This document shows, piece by piece, positions 1-9,621 of a stretch of 64,000 bases of DNA (position 1 is its first letter; the number at the start of each line of letters is the position of its first letter). Source of the stretch: an uncultured Acidimicrobiales bacterium (GTDB lineage: Bacteria; Actinomycetota; Acidimicrobiia; Acidimicrobiales; UBA10347); NCBI GenBank assembly GCA_943788915.1, contig CALSSD010000003.1, positions 384,663 through 448,662 of the forward strand, in the 5' to 3' direction. A program made the translations under genes and the position numbers. A model generated the notes under the pieces. It saw only the letters and a list, made by a program, of their open reading frames with translations, was not told the DNA's origin and did no database searches.

Positions 1-392
1 AGGGACTCTTGCGTAACGGCAAACCTGCACCTACCCCGACCCGCTCGGATCGTGCTCGGGGCATTCTGAAGCGCAAATTCATGGACGAACAGGCCCGGGC
101 CCACCTCGGTTCCTTTCCCACAGAGATCGGTGACGTTGTCTCCGCCTACGGCAGCGCAGGCATCGAATACGGCGCGCTGGTCGATGGCCGAATCGACTTC
201 CTGATGTATTGGCGAACGTTGCCGTGGGACCACTCGCCCGGAGGTTTGTTGGCTGAGGAAGCTGGCTTGCGCGTCGCTCGTCCTGACGGCTCGACGTACC
301 TTCCCGGCGATGGCAAGTCTGGACTCCTCGCGGCCACACCGGAACTCTGGGACCGGGTCGCCGCCGAGATCCAAGCGGCCGTCACCGACTAG
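1..392 (+). CDS. Inositol monophosphatase family protein (5' end outside window)
   Basis: C-terminal IMPase motifs GSAGIEY...G..D and PWDHSPGGLLAEEAG. Confidence 0.85.
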   Translation, partial: GLLRNGKPAPTPTRSDRARGILKRKFMDEQARAHLGSFPTEIGDVVSAYGSAGIEYGALVDGRIDFLMYWRTLPWDHSPGGLLAEEAGLRVARPDGSTYLPGDGKSGLLAATPELWDRVAAEIQAAVTD

Positions 393-401
393 CGTGGCCT
401 C

Positions 402-702
402 ATGCTTATTGTTGCTGGAACGATCAACGTCGACCCTGCTGATGTGCCGCAGTTGCGTGCCGCCGCCGCGCTGATGATGGCAGCGACCCACCAGGAACCA
501 GGCAACATCGAATACGTCTTCAGCGTCAGCGTCGCCGACCCTGGCAACGTCCAGATCTTCGAGATCTGGGAGTCAGCCGACGATCTCGAGAAACACTTCA
601 CCCTGCCGCATATGGCCACCTTCCAGGCAACGCTGAAGGAGCTCACAATCACCGGCCGCAGCCCTGCATCGTTACGAAGTCGCCTCGTTCGAACCCATGT
701 AA
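402..702 (+). CDS. Putative quinol/antibiotic-biosynthesis monooxygenase (ABM domain); +1 frameshift near 663
   Basis: EPGNIEY, IFEIWES...HFTLPHM motifs; removing one C from CCC at 662-664 gives a typical end ITGRSLHRYEVASFEPM* at TAA 700-702. Confidence 0.8.
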
Positions 703-762
703 TGCAAGTCACGCCAATCCCATGTACTGTCGATCGCATGTAACCGAGAAGGCGGTATCCCA

Positions 763-1554
763 ATGTTTCGGCGCACACTAGCGCTCGTTCATCGCACAGC
801 TCTCTGTCTCTTCGCTCTTAGTGTGCTCGGGGCGCTCTCACTGACACCACTGCTCGCTGCACCCAATGCGGGGGCGCAAAGCGACAACGCCGCCCTTGAC
901 GCTCTTCGCGCCGAAGTGCCCGAGGGAGATCCAGGCAAGTTCGACCTGACCGAAGCCAGTGAAGAATTTGGTCGTCTCGTCGTGCTCTATGAGCAAGCAA
1001 CGACCGGGGTCTCTGACTTCGGAGATGGCAGTGAGCTCACCGGACCATGCGGCGGGTGGGCCTACAGTTACGACAGCAACGGCGATCTACTCGATGCGGC
1101 CATGGACGTAGGAAACGGCGATCCACCCATCGACATTTTGGATGGCGGTGCGGCGTTTACCGCAGGCAACCCGTTTCGCGTTGACGTACGAGGTCTGGTT
1201 CAGTACTTCGGATTCGCACCCGAGAACGGCGACGGCCCTCGTAACCACACATGGTTTGTCAAGACTTCGGGCATCAGCCTCGACAAAGGCGGTGACCCGA
1301 ACACCAACCTCAAGAATCGGAATGTAGGAATCGTCGACCTGGCCAATGATCTTCCGGTGAAGTTCTCTGCAAAAGTGAGAGTCGAAGGCGAAATGGTGTC
1401 GGACAATCTGGCGACGTGTCGTGGTCAAGGCCATATCGACTTTGTCGGCAACGGACTCACCGATCCTGTCGGCCTCGCTGGGCTTGCACTCCTGGCCGGC
1501 GGCCTCTTCGGCCTTCTCTTTAATGCCCGTCCAGCGATCACGTACAAGAGCTAA
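763..1554 (+). CDS. Exported protein with signal peptide and C-terminal membrane anchor
   Basis: Basic/hydrophobic N-terminus ending AGA-Q; Gly/Asp-rich body with two Cys; C-terminal hydrophobic helix. Confidence 0.75.
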   Translation: MFRRTLALVHRTALCLFALSVLGALSLTPLLAAPNAGAQSDNAALDALRAEVPEGDPGKFDLTEASEEFGRLVVLYEQATTGVSDFGDGSELTGPCGGWAYSYDSNGDLLDAAMDVGNGDPPIDILDGGAAFTAGNPFRVDVRGLVQYFGFAPENGDGPRNHTWFVKTSGISLDKGGDPNTNLKNRNVGIVDLANDLPVKFSAKVRVEGEMVSDNLATCRGQGHIDFVGNGLTDPVGLAGLALLAGGLFGLLFNARPAITYKS

Positions 1555-1556
1555 CC

Positions 1557-1781
1557 ATGACAGACCAGATCAAAGAGACATATCCACTCCGAGGCGTCCT
1601 GTGGGGAATCATGTTCGGCCTTGGCCTCATGGTTGTTGCCATTGTGTCCAAGGTGATCGCTCTGAGCCTTGTTTCAGCTCTCGCCGTGCTCATCCTGGGG
1701 ATCGCTATCGGCACCACATGGAGCATGTTCGGCCCCGCTAAGACCCTGAAATCCGGAAATGACGGCGGTCAACCCGCCTGA
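1557..1781 (+). CDS. Small two-TM membrane protein
   Basis: 74 aa with two hydrophobic helices; starts 2 nt after the upstream stop. Confidence 0.7.
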   Translation: MTDQIKETYPLRGVLWGIMFGLGLMVVAIVSKVIALSLVSALAVLILGIAIGTTWSMFGPAKTLKSGNDGGQPA

Positions 1782-1842
1782 CAACTCAGTGACTCTTGGC
1801 CGAAAACGAGGTAAACCGCTAAGAAGCGAGCATCCTTGATCG

Positions 1843-3714
1843 GTGAATTCCTCTGATACGACGTTGCCCGCAGGTTCCGCGAAGCGGGACGACATTCGTA
1901 ACGTCGCCATCATCGCGCACGTTGACCACGGCAAGACAACTCTGGTCGATGGCATGCTCCATCAATCCGGCGCTTTTGGCGCCCACCAGGACATCGACGA
2001 ACGAGTCATGGACTCGATGGACCTTGAAAAAGAGAAGGGCATCACAATCCTGGCCAAGAACACCGCTATCCGGTGGAATGGTTTCAAGATCAATGTTGTC
2101 GACACTCCAGGCCACGCCGACTTCGGTGGCGAGGTCGAACGTGCACTAACCATGGTCGACGGCGTACTGCTGCTCGTCGACGCAAGCGAAGGCCCGCTAC
2201 CCCAGACCCGCTTCGTGTTGCGCAAGGCCCTCATGCGTAACCTGCCTGTCGTGCTGGTGATCAACAAGATCGACCGCCCCGACGCCCGGGTCTCCGAAGT
2301 CGTGACCGAAGTCGAGGACCTATTCCTCGACGTTGATGCTGATGAACATCAGATCGACTTCCCGATCGTGTACACCATCGCCCGAGACGGCAAAGCTGGC
2401 CTTTCGCTCGATGAGATGGGCGACGACCTCACTCCCCTGCTGCAGACCATTGTTGACCATGTTCCTGCGCCGTCCTATGACCCCGAAGCGCCACTGCAAG
2501 CATGGGTTACCAACCTCGATGCTTCGGCCTACGTCGGCCGTCTCGCCATCTGCCGCATCATGAACGGTGAGATCCGCAAGGGTCAGAACGTCGCGTGGTG
2601 CAAACTCGACGGCACCGTCGCAAACGCCAAGGTCACCGAGCTGTTTGTCACCGAAAGCCACGAGCGTCAAGAAGCTCAATCGGCTTCCGCAGGCGAACTG
2701 GTAGCAGTTGCAGGCCTGCCAGAAATCACCATCGGCGAAACCCTTGGCGACCCAGCTGATCCACGTCCACTTCCGATCATCACCGTCGACGAACCAAGCC
2801 TGTCGATGACAGTCGGTAGCAACACCTCGCCACTCGCTGGCCGCAGCGGCGACAAGATGACCGCTCGCCAGGTCAAAGATCGTTTGGACAAGGAACTGAT
2901 CGGCAACGTATCTCTGCGGGTTGTCGACCTGGGCCGCCCCGATGCCTGGGAAGTCCAGGGTCGTGGTGAACTCCAGCTCGCCATCCTGATCGAACAGATG
3001 CGCCGCGAGGGCTTCGAGCTCACCGTCGGTAAACCCCAGGTTGTGACTCGCGAAATCGACGGCAAGTTACACGAACCAGTCGAACAGGTCTCGATCGATA
3101 TACCTGAAGAATTCGTAGGCGCCGTCACTCAGTTGATCGCACCTCGCAAGGGCATCATGCGGGAGATGATCAACTTCAGCGCTGGCTGGGTTCGTCTCGA
3201 CTACCGCATGCCTGCCCGTGGCCTGATCGGTTTCCGTACCGACTTCCTCACCGAGACCCGGGGCACCGGCCTACTGAACCATGTCTTCGACGGCTGGATC
3301 CCATGGCAGGGCGAGATCACTGGCCGTCACAAGGGTTCGCTCGTGGCCGACCGTTTGGGTGTCACCACCAGCAATGCAATCTTGAACCTGCAGGAACGAG
3401 GTGCGTTCTTCGTCGGTATTGCCGAAGACGTCTACGAAGGCATGATCGTTGGCGAGACACCAAAACCTGGCGACATGGACATCAACATCTGCAAAGAAAA
3501 GGCGCACACCAACGTGCGTGCTGTCGCCGCCGACCAGACCGTTCGATTGACGCCACCAAAACTCATGTCGCTTGAGCAGTCACTCGAGTTCATCGGCGAC
3601 GATGAATGTATCGAAGTCACCCCTGACAAGATCCGCCTGCGCAAGGTCGATCTCGATGCAACTACTCGACTTCGCACCGCCAAGAATCTCAAGAAGTCGC
3701 GCGAAGCCGGGTAG
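1843..3714 (+). CDS. typA: Translational GTPase TypA/BipA
   Basis: [58 protein letters not shown]. Confidence 0.98.
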   Translation: MNSSDTTLPAGSAKRDDIRNVAIIAHVDHGKTTLVDGMLHQSGAFGAHQDIDERVMDSMDLEKEKGITILAKNTAIRWNGFKINVVDTPGHADFGGEVERALTMVDGVLLLVDASEGPLPQTRFVLRKALMRNLPVVLVINKIDRPDARVSEVVTEVEDLFLDVDADEHQIDFPIVYTIARDGKAGLSLDEMGDDLTPLLQTIVDHVPAPSYDPEAPLQAWVTNLDASAYVGRLAICRIMNGEIRKGQNVAWCKLDGTVANAKVTELFVTESHERQEAQSASAGELVAVAGLPEITIGETLGDPADPRPLPIITVDEPSLSMTVGSNTSPLAGRSGDKMTARQVKDRLDKELIGNVSLRVVDLGRPDAWEVQGRGELQLAILIEQMRREGFELTVGKPQVVTREIDGKLHEPVEQVSIDIPEEFVGAVTQLIAPRKGIMREMINFSAGWVRLDYRMPARGLIGFRTDFLTETRGTGLLNHVFDGWIPWQGEITGRHKGSLVADRLGVTTSNAILNLQERGAFFVGIAEDVYEGMIVGETPKPGDMDINICKEKAHTNVRAVAADQTVRLTPPKLMSLEQSLEFIGDDECIEVTPDKIRLRKVDLDATTRLRTAKNLKKSREAG

Positions 3715-3835
3715 TCCGCCTTTCGGCTCGTCCCTCACCAAAACGCTGCTGTAGAGCCGTCGAGGTCGACGGTCCATCCCCGTCTGCTCCTCGAACTCGT
3801 AGCCTGTAAGTCGAATACTGCATGGACGTGCTGGT

Positions 3836-5518
3836 ATGACAACCGAAACCCCCGCCACGACATTCGCTGAACTCGGTGTATCCGAGCAGATTGTTTCCGC
3901 GCTCATGAGCGCGGGCATCGAAACAGCCTTCCCTATCCAGACGGCAACGATCCGAGCCGCAATCGACGGCCGCGACATCTGCGGCAAAGCACCAACGGGT
4001 TCCGGCAAGACGTTGGCATTTGGTATCCCCGCGATCGAGCTGAGCTCGATGGGCACACCGTGGCATCCAGCGGTATTGATCCTGTCACCGACCCGCGAGT
4101 TGGCCACACAGATCAAGGACGAGCTCGAGCCATTAGCAGCCGCCAAAGACCGCTCCATCATGACCGTCTTCGGCGGCACAAACATCGAGCGCGACATCAA
4201 ACGGCTCGAGAAGGGTGTCGACATCCTGGTCGCCTGCCCGGGACGACTCGAAGACCTGATCGGTCGCCGATGCTGCGATCTGCGCAACGTCGAGATCGCG
4301 ATCGTCGACGAAGCCGACCGAATGGCCGACATGGGCTTCTTGCCTGCGGTCAAACGCATCCTCGACCAAACGCCTGGCAATCGACACACATTGCTGTTCT
4401 CTGCCACCCTCGACGGCGACGTCGACATGTTGATCAAGCGGTACCAGAACGACCCTCTGACCTTCGAGGTCGACGAACCGGTCGGCGAACTCGGCGATGT
4501 CGAACACTCGTGGTACCTCGTACAGCCGGTCAACCGTATTCCGCATGCGATTGCGGTGTTGCAGCGTTACGAATCGTCGATTGTCTTTTGCCGCACTCGC
4601 AAAGGCTGTGACCGTGTCGCCAAAGTATTTGCCCAGCGAGGCCTCAGCGCCGTCGCCATCCACGGTGACCGAAGCCAGCACCAACGCGAACGAGCACTTG
4701 CCGACTTCACCACCGGCAAGGCCCAGGTCCTGGTCGCAACCGACGTAGCCGCGCGCGGCATCCATGTCGACAACGTTGCGCTTGTCATGCACTACGACCC
4801 TGCTGGCAGCGACAAGGACTACATCCACCGCTCGGGTCGCACCGGTCGAGCCGGTCAGGACGGTCATGTCATTTCGATGGTCGTCGAAGACAAGAAGAAG
4901 GCTGCCCGCCAGCTGCAGAAAGACCTGGGCATCAAACCAGGTCTCGAGGTGCTCGACGTTGCCGCACTGGGCCCGATCGTCAAACCGCCGAAGCCCAAGC
5001 AGCCAGCCAAACCAGAACGCACCGAGCGCGAAAACGACGAACGTTATGGCCGCAACCGTGACCGCAATGAACGAAGCGACCGTAGTAGCCGAGACGGCAG
5101 AGACCGAGACCGAGGCGGCAAGAGCCGTGGTACGAGCGACGGCAGCCGTGGTTCCGGCAAAGGCCGAAGTTTTGACCGTGACAGCAGCCGAGACGGAGCT
5201 CGCCCCAGCCGTGATGAGCGCGGCCGTAGCTCTACCGAACGAGACCGCGGCGAACGCCGTCCCGACGGAAAACGCAAGGTCCCTCGCCGAGGCCAAAACG
5301 ATTGGTACCCAAAGGGCCACGACGAGAACAAGAAACGTTCGTCTGGTGCAACTAGTGGTGACAGCGACGACCGTCGGAACCGCGACGACAAGCCCAAAGA
5401 TCGGCCGGCCAGTGGTCGTAACTCGGCGCAGAAGAAGAGCCGCGACACAAAGGGCCGTCACGCCGACAAGAACTCCACCAAGAACAAGGGCAAACGCCGT
5501 AACCCTCGATCTCGTTAA
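3836..5518 (+). CDS. DEAD-box RNA helicase with long Arg/Asp/Gly-rich disordered C-terminal tail
   Basis: PTGSGKT, PTRELA, DEAD, SAT, ARGI, HRSGRTGRAG. Confidence 0.97.
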   Translation: MTTETPATTFAELGVSEQIVSALMSAGIETAFPIQTATIRAAIDGRDICGKAPTGSGKTLAFGIPAIELSSMGTPWHPAVLILSPTRELATQIKDELEPLAAAKDRSIMTVFGGTNIERDIKRLEKGVDILVACPGRLEDLIGRRCCDLRNVEIAIVDEADRMADMGFLPAVKRILDQTPGNRHTLLFSATLDGDVDMLIKRYQNDPLTFEVDEPVGELGDVEHSWYLVQPVNRIPHAIAVLQRYESSIVFCRTRKGCDRVAKVFAQRGLSAVAIHGDRSQHQRERALADFTTGKAQVLVATDVAARGIHVDNVALVMHYDPAGSDKDYIHRSGRTGRAGQDGHVISMVVEDKKKAARQLQKDLGIKPGLEVLDVAALGPIVKPPKPKQPAKPERTERENDERYGRNRDRNERSDRSSRDGRDRDRGGKSRGTSDGSRGSGKGRSFDRDSSRDGARPSRDERGRSSTERDRGERRPDGKRKVPRRGQNDWYPKGHDENKKRSSGATSGDSDDRRNRDDKPKDRPASGRNSAQKKSRDTKGRHADKNSTKNKGKRRNPRSR

Positions 5519-6108
5519 CTGGGTTGGCGGCGGGTAGGAACCGTGAAGCTGCTTCCGTCGAAGACCCGCACCAAACCACTGGCAATGTCATAGACACAAC
5601 CAGACAACACGAGCGAACCGACGTCGACGGCTTCGTTGATGAAGTCGTAGGTTCGCAGATGCTCCAGCTGGGCCAGGACATTGGCCTCGATCGCTGCGTC
5701 GAGATCGTGGGTCTGGCCGGTTTCTGCGTACTGGAGCCATGCGCCGACATACGGCAACGCGGTGACCGAATCAGGGGCCATGGCGCCCTTCACCGCACCA
5801 CAGTCGGCGTGGCCACAGATCACGATGTCGGACACGTGCAATGCCTTGACCGCGAATTCGATCGACGCAGCCATGCCGTCTGCGGCCAGGCCGGAGTCGC
5901 TGGGCGGCACGATGTTGCCGGCATTTCGGCACACGAAGATGTCACCGGGTTTGGTCTGGGTGATCAGCGAAGGATCGACTCGTGAATCGGCACAGGTGAG
6001 GAACAACACATCGGGCGCCTGCCCCTGCGCAAGGTCATCGAACAGCGGCTGACTCGCCGCGTGGATCTCTTCGGAGTAACGGGCGATTCCGTCGATCAAT
6101 CGTTGCAT
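5515..6108 (-). CDS. Beta-class carbonic anhydrase
   Basis: Zn motifs CADSRV and GHADCGA; RNAGN. Confidence 0.95.
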   Translation of the reverse strand: MQRLIDGIARYSEEIHAASQPLFDDLAQGQAPDVLFLTCADSRVDPSLITQTKPGDIFVCRNAGNIVPPSDSGLAADGMAASIEFAVKALHVSDIVICGHADCGAVKGAMAPDSVTALPYVGAWLQYAETGQTHDLDAAIEANVLAQLEHLRTYDFINEAVDVGSLVLSGCVYDIASGLVRVFDGSSFTVPTRRQPS

Positions 6109-6205
6109 GGCAACCTCTCGGTCTGGGGAATGAGCACATTATGCAAGACAGAACCTCAAAGTCCAGGGACGCCGATGAGGAGCCCGCCATCGTCTGAATC
6201 CGTGG

Positions 6206-6391
6206 TTAGGGCTGGCGTCCAAGGTTGTGCGCTTCCCGTTCGATGGCCTCGTCCCGGCTGACCCCGGTGCCGTCGAAGGTAACCACCCGAGCACCCACCA
6301 GGCCATCTGCTTGTTCGACGATGTGGCCAACCAGCACCGGCTGTTCGGGCACGTCGTACACCGGCACGACGTTCTCATCGTGCTCTGCCAT
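6206..6391 (-). CDS. Small hypothetical protein
   Basis: 61-aa ORF (MAEHDENVVPVYDVPEQP...) with protein-like composition and no recognisable domain. Confidence 0.45.
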   Translation of the reverse strand: MAEHDENVVPVYDVPEQPVLVGHIVEQADGLVGARVVTFDGTGVSRDEAIEREAHNLGRQP

Positions 6392-6550
6392 CAACTCGAT
6401 GACACCGTAAAACTCGTTGCTCCGGTGCCGATCAGACCTCAACTTCCCCAGTTCTCTGCGGCGCGCCGGAACCGACGGTCACCTAAGACCATGAACAAGC
6501 TCTAAACGAAGGACGCTTCTGTCGCATCGATACAACACTCCCAGGCGCGA

Positions 6551-6583
6551 CTAACGAATCGGTGCCAGGCACCTGTTCGTTAG
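6551..6583. repeat. Palindromic REP-like element (AACGAA subtype)
   Basis: CTAACGAA-TC-GGTGCC-A-GGCACC-TG-TTCGTTAG, just downstream of the M20 peptidase stop. Confidence 0.85.
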
Positions 6584-6606
6584 TTTTCGCCGGTGTTGTT
6601 CCGTCG

Positions 6607-7962
6607 TTAGCCCAGGAGGTCGGTGACGGTGTCGAGGTACAGGCCAGTGGTCAGGCCGATCGATTCGACGTCGATACGTTCGTTGTGGCCGTGGAAGCGA
6701 CTGCCGTATTCGGCTGGGCTCAGATCAGGGCTCAAGAGGCCTGCGCCATAAGCGACTGCGCCAAGATTGCGGTGGACTCGAGCGTCGGTGAAACCAACGA
6801 TGATGCCAGGCGACATCTCGGTGGTGGGAAACGCGTTCGATACTGCCTTCTGCAGAGAGTCCCATAGCGGCGTGGCGATCGGGCTCATCGACGACATATC
6901 GTTCATTAGTGGCGTGAACTCGACCTCGGCGGCAAGCTCAGGACCGATCGCGTCGGTGATGAAGTTCTGCACATCCTGTGGTGTCTCACCCGGCATGGTC
7001 CGCACGTCGATATCGATATCGACAACGTCGGGGATCGTGTTCGTCTTCGTCGGGCTCACGAGCACGTTCGGGCTCAAGGTCATGTGGCAGCACGAGTGCA
7101 GGTGGCCGCCGATGCCGAGCGGCATCGACGCGATGGCTTCGTCGACGGACTTGGGGTCGAGCAGCATGTCGACCAGGTCGTTCTCGAGACCATGGTTCTT
7201 GCCTAAGTCCTCGATCTGTGATCGCCACAGTTCATGGAAACGCGGTGGCGTTTTGTACTCAGCCACTCGCTGCACGATCGCTGCAGCCTTGATCAGTGCG
7301 TTGTCTGCGCCATACGGCCGGGACCCGTGCCCGGGAGTGCCCTTGACCCGAAGTCGCCGCCAAGCAACACCCTTCTCCCCCACGTTCATGGTGACCGTCG
7401 GCCGGTTCTCGGAGCCTCCGTGGAGACCGCCGTTCTCGGTCAACACATAGTCGGACCGAATGGCATCAGGGTGATTGTCGGCCATCCACTGGGCGCCGTA
7501 CTTGCTACCAGACTCTTCGTCCGCCACACCGAAGAAGATCAGATCGCCCTTTGGCCGAAAGTTGGTGTCGGCCAGATGGCGAAAGACCACAGCCATTGCC
7601 GAGGTCAAGCCGAGCATGTCGATCGCACCACGGCCCCAGACTTCGCCGTCGATCAGTTCGCCACCGAATGGATCACGATCCCAGCCGTCACGATTAACAG
7701 GCACGACATCGGTGTGGCCGTTCAGGCACAGACTCGGCGCGTTCGGGTCGCTGCCCTCGATCCGGGCAACGATCGACGTGCGGCCAGGTGCAGCGTCGTA
7801 CCGTTCGACATCGAGACCAGCACCTGAGATGTAGGCCTCAAGCAAATCAGCATTACGGACCTCTTGGCCCGACTCCTCGGTGCCTTCGTTTACACACTCG
7901 TTGCGAATCATGTGTTGCAACAGGTCGACGGTCTTGTTTGTCAGCTCGGGTGTCGAAGGCAT
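6607..7962 (-). CDS. M20/M25/M40 family metallo-hydrolase
   Basis: GHTDVVP, WGRGAIDM, ADEE, HGHNERI; start placed at MPSTPEL. Confidence 0.93.
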   Translation of the reverse strand: MPSTPELTNKTVDLLQHMIRNECVNEGTEESGQEVRNADLLEAYISGAGLDVERYDAAPGRTSIVARIEGSDPNAPSLCLNGHTDVVPVNRDGWDRDPFGGELIDGEVWGRGAIDMLGLTSAMAVVFRHLADTNFRPKGDLIFFGVADEESGSKYGAQWMADNHPDAIRSDYVLTENGGLHGGSENRPTVTMNVGEKGVAWRRLRVKGTPGHGSRPYGADNALIKAAAIVQRVAEYKTPPRFHELWRSQIEDLGKNHGLENDLVDMLLDPKSVDEAIASMPLGIGGHLHSCCHMTLSPNVLVSPTKTNTIPDVVDIDIDVRTMPGETPQDVQNFITDAIGPELAAEVEFTPLMNDMSSMSPIATPLWDSLQKAVSNAFPTTEMSPGIIVGFTDARVHRNLGAVAYGAGLLSPDLSPAEYGSRFHGHNERIDVESIGLTTGLYLDTVTDLLG

Positions 7963-7996
7963 GCGCGTTGTTCTTTCTGGTGGTTGGCGGAGGGGT

Positions 7997-8962
7997 CTAA
8001 CGAGGAATCGCCGCAGGCTCGAATCCGAGCTCCACGGCCAAGGGATGCAGGCGTTGATGTACTGGTGCGCCAACACCATCAAGCAGGCGGTTCATCATCT
8101 GGAAGGTGGCTGCCACGCCAACCGCTCGCTCGGCGACTTCGGTTCCTGCCACGGCGACGAGTGCATCGCGCGCTGCCGTTGGTGGTTCGGTCCACCGGGT
8201 GCCCATGGCCTGGGCCAGCGCAGCCAGCTCTGCACCAAATCGCAATGCAGGGACCGTGCCATCGGCGACCGCGGTGATAGTGAGATTCAGGCCAGTGGCG
8301 TCGCTGCTCGCACGGAGGAACGATGTATGTGCAAGCAGTCAATAGAAACACTCATTCAGGTACGAGGTACGAGCGGCCAAGTATTCGATCTGAGCTCGTG
8401 TCAGCTCATCGCTGTACGCGTTGTCGCCCATGTCTGACATCTGCATGTACATGGGTTCGTGGATGTCCCGTACGGCTTCACCTTCGGCCGGTAATGCGTC
8501 GACCACATGGGGTGCGAAGGTCTGACCAATCGTCGGCACCCACATGTTTGTCAACGCCGCAGCTGGGTCGATATGGCCAGTTGGGGGCGCCGTCGATGGC
8601 TCGGGCAACGGCAACTCAGTCGCTCCCAGACCGCGCACGTAGAAGTCAACGTTCGATAGCCGAGCAACAACACCAACGATCTCGAGATAGCGCAGCCGAT
8701 CCAGACCACGAGCCTCGAAGTCGCCCACGATCTCGTTGGTGAGCCCTTCAGCATCGGCAGCAAGCCAGTGAGCAGCCTCGCCCCTAACCGCGCTACTCGA
8801 GTTAGGCAACGGCGCACCTGCCCATGCATCTCGAGCATCACGGATGACCTGGTGTCGTTCGGCCGCTGTCAGCAGCGGCCCTGGACCAGCCAGGTTCGCC
8901 CATGCCCGCTCAACTGCTTCGCGCCGAACAGGGGCGGGAGCAAGGGCAGCATCTTCGAGCAC
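7997..8962 (-). CDS. AhpD/carboxymuconolactone-decarboxylase-like alkylhydroperoxidase, probable selenoprotein (UGA at 8341-8339 read as Sec), 321 aa
   Basis: ORFs 8339-8962 and 7997-8245 share a frame; the only stop between them is TGA in ELTRAQIEYLAARTSYLNECFY*LLAH, which matches AhpD CxxCxxxH; a stem-loop follows immediately. Confidence 0.85.
8304..8338 (-). promoter_or_regulatory. Candidate bacterial SECIS-type hairpin
   Basis: mRNA: UGA CUGCUUGCAC-AUACAUCGUUCCUCC-GUGCGAGCAG; 10-bp stem with one G-U pair. Confidence 0.6.
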
Positions 8963-9009
8963 TAACTGATCCTAGACAACAACCGCAGCAGCAAGAAACG
9001 AACGCGAGA

Positions 9010-9038
9010 AACGAACGCGTGCCTGGCACCGATTCGTT
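9010..9038. repeat. Palindromic REP-like element (AACGAA subtype)
   Basis: AACGAACGCGTGCCTGGCACCGATTCGTT, overlapping the stop of the CMD gene. Confidence 0.85.
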
Positions 9039-9600
9039 ATGCCGGGAATGGTGGTGTGACGCCCTCGGGGAGTTCGACCTCGAAGGTGTTGAGGGTCATG
9101 CACACGAGGACATAGAAACCAAGCGCATGGATGAGGTCGGCGACACCCGGTTCACCATGTACTGCTACGGCTGCCGCGTAGGTTGCATCGTCGACGCGTT
9201 TTTCTCGGTGCAGGGTTGTACACAACCGCCACGCGGTCTCGTCGCCATCGTCATCGAAGACCGGTTCTTCGCCCACCTTGATGGCATGGATCACTGCTTC
9301 GGGAAGCCCGGCATCTCGGGCCATGGTCTCGTGCGCGTACCACTCGTACTGGGCCTGCCACAGCTGACCGGTGACCAAAATTGCCAGCTCGATGTAGCGG
9401 CGGTCAATCGACGGTTTCGCACGAATCGCGCCTCCGGCTTGCCAGATCTTGCGCCCGATGCTCGGGTTCAGGCACCAGCCATCGAACGGCCCACCGATCT
9501 GTCCATCGGCCACCGGCTCTCGCCCCTCGACCATCTGGTCGTAGAACTCAGCTTGTTTCGGTGTCATCTCTGCAGTTGTGCGCGGCGTCAGTCGGCTCAT
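9037..9600 (-). CDS. Carboxymuconolactone decarboxylase family protein
   Basis: GGPF...ELAILVT...AQYEWYAH..MARDAGL...GFYVLV. Confidence 0.9.
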   Translation of the reverse strand: MSRLTPRTTAEMTPKQAEFYDQMVEGREPVADGQIGGPFDGWCLNPSIGRKIWQAGGAIRAKPSIDRRYIELAILVTGQLWQAQYEWYAHETMARDAGLPEAVIHAIKVGEEPVFDDDGDETAWRLCTTLHREKRVDDATYAAAVAVHGEPGVADLIHALGFYVLVCMTLNTFEVELPEGVTPPFPA

Positions 9601-9621
9601 GAAACCAGCCTGCCATGGGAC

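Noticed and set aside
4133..5461. Long antisense ORFs (also 3580-4533, 8902-9843, 20994-21986 and others)
   Set aside because: Shadows of well-supported genes, as expected in high-GC DNA
5000..5518. Repetitive GAC/CGT-rich DNA as a repeat element
   Set aside because: It encodes the ordinary charged disordered tail of the DEAD-box helicase
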